Part shown: one piece after another, positions 55,593 through 64,000 of the stretch | Numbering within the stretch: position 1 is the stretch's first letter | Layout: each line of letters starts with the position of its first letter | NCBI GenBank assembly: GCA_951406725.2 | Contig: OX597835.1 | Location: 124,001 to 188,000, forward strand | Source of the DNA: Octopus vulgaris | Taxonomy: Eukaryota | Length of the DNA stretch: 64,000 nt | Direction of reading: 5' to 3' | Program-made: the position numbers and the translations under genes | The notes under the pieces: model-generated | Told to the model about the DNA's origin: nothing | The model's database searches: none | The model's input: the letters and a program-made list of their open reading frames with translations, nothing else

Positions 55593-56761
55593 CAAGGGTT
55601 GGACAAAATAATGGAAACACCTTAAAATTTCAAACAAATTTATTTTAATATGGGGTAGGACCACCTTTGGCAATAATTACAGCTTGAATTCTAAGAGGTA
55701 TGGACTCGTACAAAGTTTGAATTGTTTCCAAAGGAATTTTTGTCTATTCTTCAGCTAAAACAGTCTCCAGTTCTTGTAGTGATGATGGTGGAGGATATCG
55801 ACTCCTTACTTGTTTTTCTAAAATGCACCATAAAGGTTCAATAATATTGAAATCTAGGGACTGTGGTGGCCAGATAAGATGTTCAACTTCACCAGAATGT
55901 TCCTCGTGCAACTTTATCTGTAATAACTTTATCTGTGTGAATTGGTGCATTATCGTCCTGGAAGATAGTGTTTCTCTCTGGAAACAGTTCTGCAACCATA
56001 GGATGAATTTGATAAAATAAAATGCTTAAATAGTCTTGACTATTAATTCTGCCATGAAGGGAAACCATTGAGCAGGCAGATTTCCAAGATATAGCCCCCA
56101 CCCCACTGATCATCACAGATCCTCCTCCATGATTAACAGTTGGAAGAAGGCAGTCTGGATCAAATGCTTCTTTTGGCTGGTCGTTGGAAATATGGTAAAG
56201 GATGACTCATTAAAAAAAATGACATTCTTCCACTGCTCTAGGGACCAATTCTCCACTATAAATGCTTTGCAATGTTTGTTTCTAAAAGTAGTGGTTTTCT
56301 GATTGCAGCCCTCTCATGAAATCCGGCTTTGGGCAACTCCCAGCAAACAGTTTTTTTGGAAACTGGGTTCTCGAGGTGGTCATTAAGCTCTGCAGTAATT
56401 TGTAACAATTTGTCTAAGAGTTTTGTTTCGACAAGGAGGTTTTTCCCCCTTTCTCAAAGGCTGTCATTACTTTTGAGACTACTTCTTGATACACCAAACA
56501 TTTCAGCTGTTTTCGTTATGCTAGTGCCTACCATACTATCACCAACAATTTGAACTCTTTGAAAGTCTGATAGAGCTGTCATTTTAATGAATTTTAATTA
56601 TCTTTTTCTGATGATATCTGAAAAGAAACAGCAATTTTAGCGAAACATATTAAGCAACACAAATAATAAATAAAAAAACAAAAATAAACAAGCTTTTGAT
56701 GGTTTTATAGATATTTAAAAATTATGATGCTAGGTGTTTCCATTATTTTGTCCAACTCTTG
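55593..56761 (-). mobile_element. Tc1-like transposon with 30-bp TIRs and decayed transposase
   Basis: TIR CAAG(G/A)GTTGGACAAAATAATGGAAACACCT at both ends; MTALSDFQRVQIVG, FQDDNAPIH and WPPQSLDFNIIE. Confidence 0.92.
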
Positions 56762-56866
56762 TATATATATATATATATATATATACCAGCATGGCCACAA
56801 TCAAATGACTGAAATAAGTAAAAGAATGTATATATATTTTCTTAAGAAGCAGCAAAAATATCACAA

Positions 56867-57363
56867 AAACCAGATCTTGCACACGGTTAACCAAACCGGA
56901 TCTCGCACACGGTTAACCAAACCGGATCTCGTACACGGTTAACCAAACCGGATCTCGTACACGGTTAACCAAACCGGATCTCGCACACGGTTAACCAAAC
57001 CAGATCTCGTACACGGTTAACCAAACCGGATCTCGTACACGGTTAACCAAACCGGATCTTGTACACGGTTAACCAAACCGGATCTCGTACACGGTTAACC
57101 AAACAGGATCTCGTACACGGTTAACCAAACAGGATCTCGTACACGGTTAACCAAACCGGATCTTGTACACGGTTAACCAAACAGGATCTCGCACACGGTT
57201 AACCAAACCGGATCTCATACATGGTTAACCAAATCGGTTCTCGTACACGGTTAACCAAACAGGATCTCGTACATGGTTAACCAAACAGCATCTCGTACAT
57301 GGTTAACCAAACAGGATCTTGTACACAGTTAACCAAACCGGATCTCGTACATGGTTAACCAAA
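56867..57363. repeat. 26-bp minisatellite, 19 copies
   Basis: Unit AAACCGGATCTCGTACACGGTTAACC; (G/A)GTTAACC recurs exactly every 26 bp from 56885 to 57353. Confidence 0.97.
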
Positions 57364-57866
57364 AGTTAAATTCATGATCTTACTTTGTCTGAACACAGCC
57401 TGTGTTTTATTTTTCAAAGTTTTAAGGTGGTAATAGCATCTTTTGGCATCCATTTTTCTAGGATGTGGGGAGGCTTATAGCCAATCCTTTGTTATAAATA
57501 TGTATATAATTATTAAAATATTTATAAATGTATATATATGTGTAATATCTGTGTGTATATATATATATATGTGTGTATATATATATGTGTGTGTATATAT
57601 ATATATGTGTGTATCATCATCATCATCATCATCGTTTAACGTCCACTTTCCATGCTAGCATGGGTTGGACGGTTCAACTGGGGTCTGGCAAGCCCGAAGG
57701 CTACACCAGGCCAGTCAGATCTGGCAGTGTTTCTACAGCTGGATGCCCTTCCTAATGCCAACCACTCCGAGAGTGTAGTGGGTGATTTTATGTGCCACCG
57801 ACACAGGTGCCAGACGAGGCTGGCAGACGGCCATGCTCGGATGGTGTTTTTTATGTGCCACCGGCA

Positions 57867-57872
57867 TATATA

Positions 57873-57903
<31 letters not shown>

Positions 57904-58739
57904 GTATATGTGTATATGTGTATATATATATATGTGTGTATATATATATATGTATGTTTATATATGTGTATATATATACATATATATAGGTATATATATA
58001 CATATATATAGGTATATATGTGTATATATATACATATATATAGGTATATATATACATATATAGGTATATATGTGTATATATATACATATATATAGGTATA
58101 TATATACATATATATGTATGTATATGTGTATATATATACATATATATAGGTATATATATACATATATATGTATGTATATGTGTATATATATACATATATA
58201 TAGGTATATATATACATATATATGCAATATATGTGTATATATATACATATATATAGGTATATATGTGTATATATATACATATATATAGGTATATATATAC
58301 ATATATATGTATGTATATGTGTATATATATACATATATATAGGTATATATATACATATATATGTATGTATATGTGTATATATATACATATATATAGGTAT
58401 ATATATACATATATATGTATGTATATGTGTATATATATACATATATATAGGTATATATATATATACATATATATGTATGTATATGTGTATATATATACAT
58501 ATATATAGGTATATATATACATATATATGTAATATATGTGTATATATATACATATATATAGGTATATATATATATATATACATATATGTGTGTATATGTA
58601 TGTGTGTGTATATATATATATATATATGTGTGTATATGTATGTGTGTGTATATATATATATATATGTGTATATGTATGTGTATATATATGTATGTATGTA
58701 TGTGTGTATATGTATGTGTATGTATATATATGTATATAT

Positions 58740-58788
<49 letters not shown>
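57867..58788. repeat. TA-derived array with higher-order units
   Basis: Recurring TATGTGTATATATATACATATATATAGGTATATATATACATATATATGTATGTA-like unit of about 54 bp. Confidence 0.85.
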
Positions 58789-58791
<3 letters not shown>

Positions 58792-58948
58792 CAATCTGTT
58801 AAATTATTGGATTGTCAATAGAATATCGCTATATTTAATTTATTTTTATAATTGAATTATACCAATATTTATATGGCATCCAAGTTAAGTACCAGTGAAT
58901 TGGATGTTTAGCACACCCCTTTGAAGGATTTTTTTGCCTCAGTTTGTT

Positions 58949-59012
<64 letters not shown>

Positions 59013-59013
59013 C

Positions 59014-60080
59014 GTAGAGCAAGATCATCAGCATAGAGGAGCTCCCAAGGGCAGCCTGTCCTGAATTCCTCTGTTATTGCCTGGAGGACTATGATGAATA
59101 AAAGGGGGCTGAGGACTGATCCTTGGTGAACTCCTACTTTTATCAGGAATTCTTCACTATACTCATTGACAACCCTCATATTACTGACAGCATCCCTGTA
59201 CAGGGCTTGTATAGCTCTTACCAATCACTGATCTATCTCCAGTTTCTGCATTGACCACCAGATAAGGGATCAGAGGACCCCGTGTAAGGCTTTCTTCAAG
59301 TCAACAAAAGCCAAGTACAGAGGTTTATCTTTGGCTAGATATTTCTCCTGTAGTTGCCTTACCAGAAATATGGCATCAGTAGTGCTTCTGCCTGGCACAC
59401 AAACAAACTGCATCTCATCTAGGCTAACTCTCTCCCTAATTAGTTGGGCTATGACCTTCTCTGTAGCTTTCATCTCCTGATCCAATAATTTGATACTCCT
59501 GTAGTTATTTCTATCTAAAGCCTTCCCTTTACCTTTGTAGCAGTTGACTATGGTACTGCTACACCAGTCACTGGGTATGACTCCTTCATGAACTACCTGA
59601 TTTACGATGCAGGTGACAAGACCATAACCCATACTGCTCGATATTTTAAGCATCTTAGCTGTGATTCTTGATGGGCCAGGTGCTTTCCCTGTCTTCATAT
59701 CCCTAATTGCTTTATCTACCAGGGTACTGTTGATTTGGGTAGCTGGTCCCTCATTTGAGTCAACCTTCGGCAGACCCTCCTCATCCCATTCATTCTCCAC
59801 ATTCAGCAGTCTTTTATAATGGCATCTTCAAGCCTCTTTCTTTGCAGAATCATTAAATGCAAGGGTACCATCATTCATGCGGATACATTTCTCTCCTATG
59901 ATATCACAGTTTTCTCTCACACACTGTCTTGCAATCCGAAATACTTCAGTTCTTCGGTCCTCACGTTGCTGAACATTAGCAGACTTCTTCTTTTCTGCTA
60001 CTCCCTTGGCTATATATACCTGTCTCCTAGCTTCTCTTTTGGCTATCTGATACAGTCACCTGCTTCCTTGCTTTTTTTAT
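59014..60080 (-). mobile_element. RTE LINE RT fragment
   Basis: ORFs 59270..59800 (KAPGPS, NYRSIKLL, YLAFVDLKKA) and 58952..59224 (GVHQGSVLSPLLF, LLYADDL). Confidence 0.92.
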
Positions 60081-60805
60081 AATCCCAAGGTTGGGCAGTC
60101 ACAATACATATACAGAAAATTACATTGGATTAAATAAATTAAATTAAATTAAATTCACAAGAAAGTGAGATGTTTAAAAGATTTATAATAGTCCTCGTAT
60201 GAAGTAAAATTAGATAGAGTAAGGTGATTTAAAATAATTTTTTCTCTGATGAAAGAAAAGTGGCCACCAAAGTCAAAGGAATAAGTTTCTGCTTTGCATA
60301 TTTTCTTGAAATGATTGTAAGCTATCTCACTTATATTTTTATTTATTTCATTTGTGAATTGCTTTATTTTAATTCATTCAAGGACAATTTTAAATTGCCT
60401 TACCCTATTTAATTTTACTTCAGATAAGACTGGAGCCTGGTGCAGCCTTCTGGCTTCCCAGATCCCCGGTCGAACCGTCCAACCCATGCTAGCATGGAGA
60501 ACGGACGTTAAACGATGATGATGATGATGATACAAGGACTATTATAAATCTTTTAAACATCGCACCTGCATGTGATTTTAATTTAATTTATTTTATCTGA
60601 TGTAATGTACTGTGATTGCCCAACCTTGGAATTATAATAAAAGAAATATATATGTATTGTATTCCCAATTTGAATATGTTTGGCTGGACTATGAGGGTAA
60701 TAAACTAATCTGTCTTCTCTCCCTCCTTTTGAGACCTTCCATGTTATTTCGTGGAAAGAGTTACATTCTTTTATTATTTAATATATATATATATATATAT
60801 ATATG

Positions 60806-61078
60806 CTCCACTGGATGTGTAATGTCAGTGTGCATACACGACAGACTGTAAGCGCCCTGAGAGAGAAGTTGGACATAAGAAGCATCAGATGTAGTGTGCA
60901 AGAGAGACTATGGTCATGTGTTGCGTATGGATAAGGACAGCTGTGTGAAAAAGTGTTACACCCTAGCAGTAGAGAGAACCTGTGGAAGAGTTAGACCCGG
61001 GAAAACCTGAGATGAGGCAATGACAAGTGACCAAGACCTTTGGAGATATGCTGTGCTTGAGAAGACCCGGCAAGCTAA
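60806..61078 (+). mobile_element. RTE LINE C-terminal fragment
   Basis: MLHWMCNVSVHTRQTVSALREKLDIRSI...GHVLRMDKDSCVKKC...GRVRPGKT. Confidence 0.75.
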
Positions 61079-63126
61079 GTTTTCCCAACGAAGCAAGGCC
61101 TTGTTGTGTGTGTGTGTAAGAAAAAACCCCACCTAAAACATCTTTTGTGTTCATATTAATCTATCAAATGTAATGTTTATTTGATGTTTTGAATATTCAG
61201 GTTCAAGAGGGGTGTCTGCTATATTTGCTTGTAACTTTGTAAATTTTTTACATACAGATTTGAAATTTTGTCAGTGGGTGCTTTATATACCATTGGTTTA
61301 TTGTTATGTAATTTTAGCTGATCTTGCTGAGTAAATTTGACTTTTATGGGCAGGTAAATTTAATAAACAGGTGTAAAAGCAGCAACATTATGGAAAAGCA
61401 CTAAAATTGAAATTCTTTTAATCCCTAGGTCAGTCGTGACAGCAGATGTCCCAGCCATATCTATATCATTTTCTTTTTCCTTTTTTCCTGTAGACATAGG
61501 CACAGGTGTGGCTGTCTAGTAAGGAGCTTGCTTCCCAACCATATGGTTCTGGGTTCAGTCACACTGTGTGGTCCCTTAGGAGACTGTCTTCTACTATAAC
61601 TTTGGACTGACCAAAAACTTGTGAGTGGATCTGGTAGATGGAAACTGAAAGAAGCCTGTTGTATATATATGTATGTGTCTGTGTTTGTCCCACACACACA
61701 CTTGGCAACCAGTGCTGGTGTGTTTACATCCCCACAACTTAGCAGTTCGGCAAAAGAAATTGAAAGAATAAGTACTAGACTTAAGGAAGAAGTCTTGAGG
61801 TCGATTTGTTTCACAAAAAAGACCCCCTTCAAGGCGGTTCTCCAACATGGTCGCAGTCTAATGACTGAAACAATTAAAATAGTTTATACAGGACCATTAT
61901 TTACCAGTGTTTTGTTTCTCTTTACAGTAGCATGTAATTCAAGGGATTTAGCTGCTGTTTCTTACAGTTCAAATTGCTCACTTGTCTCTCATCTAAGGGT
62001 CATGTAAAAATAAACCCCAGTGGTAGGGTCCTATAGGAAAATAGGAGCAAGAGATATATCATACCTGGGTCTGGGTATTTCCTGGTATTTCCGAAGAACA
62101 TTTTTGTATATGTAGAACATAGAGGTAGGCTCCCGTCGCCAAAAAATTACAAAAATATATGCACCCCACACCTTAGTTTACTCACTCAAAAATTCCTTTC
62201 AAATACCCTGCCAATCCGATGATTATTGATTGGGGTCGATTATGTCTAGAAAAAAAAATGCTGTTATTTGTCATGAATATGTGTGTGTGAGGTTTTGTGA
62301 ATTTCTTCTCTTGTATGGTCTGCTACTGAATAATTCACAAGTTATGGAAGAGAGAGAGAGAGAGAATTCCCCTTCGTCGGGTTTGTTTCTGGCTCTCTTC
62401 TTTATGTGGTGTCCTCCTCAGCAAGCAGCTAGAATCACCCAACCTAGTTTATTTACAGTTGTATAACCGGACTCTGTTATAAAGCAGCATCAGGCAGCCA
62501 GGCAGAGCAGCAGGCCTCACAGGGCAATCAATCAGACAGACAGGTGGTTACCCGAGATTGTGTGGCATTAAAATAGCTAATCTTAATTCGTGTTTTCCGT
62601 TTTTGTTATTGTTTCTGATTTTGTCCTCCTCCTCCTCCGACTGGAAATCAATCCATAGAGAGGAGGACATAATTTTGACAGGTGTTGGTTGCAGTGGTGG
62701 TGGTGGTGGTAGTAGTAGTAGTAGTAATAGTCTCTGCTCGATAATTGTACAAAAACTTATCGTCTTTAATATGAGATTTTTTGCAATGCTAATTACACAC
62801 ACACGTGCGCGCACGTATATATATGGTTACTGGAAACATGCAGATTGAGTATGTGAATATTGAGATCAGTGTGTTTATAAATTTAATAATGAGAATAATG
62901 TCTATATTAGCCACAAGGGCACAAAACAGGGCAATCAATCCAAAGGAAAAGATCCTAAAACTGAAACAAGAAACTGTGGAAGTTTTACACTAAATAAAAA
63001 GGGTGATAAGTAACAATAATGATATATAACAGTACCAATATGATGAAGGGGCCCTTTCTTATGCAGTCTGCAAAGTCAAATTAAGCATTTTAATGCATCC
63101 TGTGTGTGGATATATGTATTTATGTA

Positions 63127-63195
<69 letters not shown>

Positions 63196-63810
63196 ATGTG
63201 GTCTGGTCAATAAGTATCCATGCTGTTGCCATAGTAACAAAGCTAAAGCATGCAAAGTGAAACCACTTGGCACAGATTGACCTTGACCTCTGTTATGCAT
63301 TAAATTTTAATGTTCTGGCTCACTTCTGCTGTTTCAGCAGTGCTTCGAAGTAACATGTGTAACATGCAATCGTCACATTGACCATGACAGAGGAAGTTGT
63401 CATGGCGATACCTGCTCAGAGGCCTATGCAAAGTTGCAGAAAGTGTGTGTGGAGAGGAGTGTATTAGACGCACACAGGTGTACAAGTGGTTCAGATGTTT
63501 CCAAGATGGCCAAAAAACAAATGTCAATATTGATGAATGTTCTGGGAGACCCACAACCAGCAGAACTGCGAAAAACATTGCAGATATGCGTGCAGCTGTG
63601 AAGGGAAATCATTGAATCACCATCCATGAGTTATCAGAGGATGCACAGATTAGTTACAGTTGAGTTCAGTCCATTATCACTGAAGATTTGGCTATGAGAC
63701 ATGTGTCTGCCAAGTTTGTGCCAAAACTGCTTTCAGCTGACCAGAAAGACACTCAGGTTTCAGTTACAAAAATCATCTTGATTGTGTCAAGAACATTGAA
63801 AACTTTTTGT
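63196..63810 (+). mobile_element. Mariner transposase N-terminal remnant
   Basis: GEECIRRTQVYKWFRCFQDG...DECSGRPTTS...SAKFVPKLL (HTH region and WVP-like motif), with stops. Confidence 0.85.
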
Positions 63811-64000
63811 AAACCTTGCGTAGGCTACTGAGCAGATATCGCCAAGCTTTTGGCAAAATTTGATGTACATTCTCTGCTCAACTTTCTCTGTCACGGTCAA
63901 TGCAATGAACTCATTACTTCCAAGCACTGCTACAAACAGTGGAAGTGAGCTAGAATGTTAAAACTTATTGCATATGAACAGCAGAGTTCAAGGTCAATCT

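Noticed and set aside
56867-57363. CRISPR-like appearance of the 26-bp array
   Set aside because: Units are head-to-tail with no unique spacers, there are no cas genes, and the context is eukaryotic.

Overview
AT-rich, repeat-dense animal genomic DNA. The SINE and LINE families and the very long (TA)n tracts point to an octopus (coleoid cephalopod); this is inferred from repeat families, not from a search. I read two protein-coding genes. A minus-strand ACBD6 orthologue (acyl-CoA-binding domain plus ankyrin repeats) has six coding exons assembled by hand at 22125-21985, 11133-11069, 10739-10637, 8492-8301, 2428-2339 and 885-855; its last exon lies beyond the window start. A plus-strand, intronless CEBPZOS-like microprotein gene (27531-27791) is divergent from it. 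A probable CpG-rich first exon of a third, unidentified gene ends in ATG|GTAAGT at 43172. The rest is mostly transposon debris: CR1/L2-group, RTE, R4/Dong and CRE-like LINE fragments, several tRNA-derived SINE families, mariner and Tc1 remnants, TTAA-flanked MITEs, and Penelope-like remnants inside (TA)n arrays. The most notable non-genic signals are a minimal hammerhead-ribozyme motif (39009-39043, minus strand), a perfect 80-bp inverted repeat, a 79-bp locally templated insertion, a LINE/SINE shared 3' stem-loop with compensatory changes, and a 19 x 26-bp palindrome-rich minisatellite. Most long ORFs in the track are microsatellite artefacts. I found no convincing new multi-gene system.
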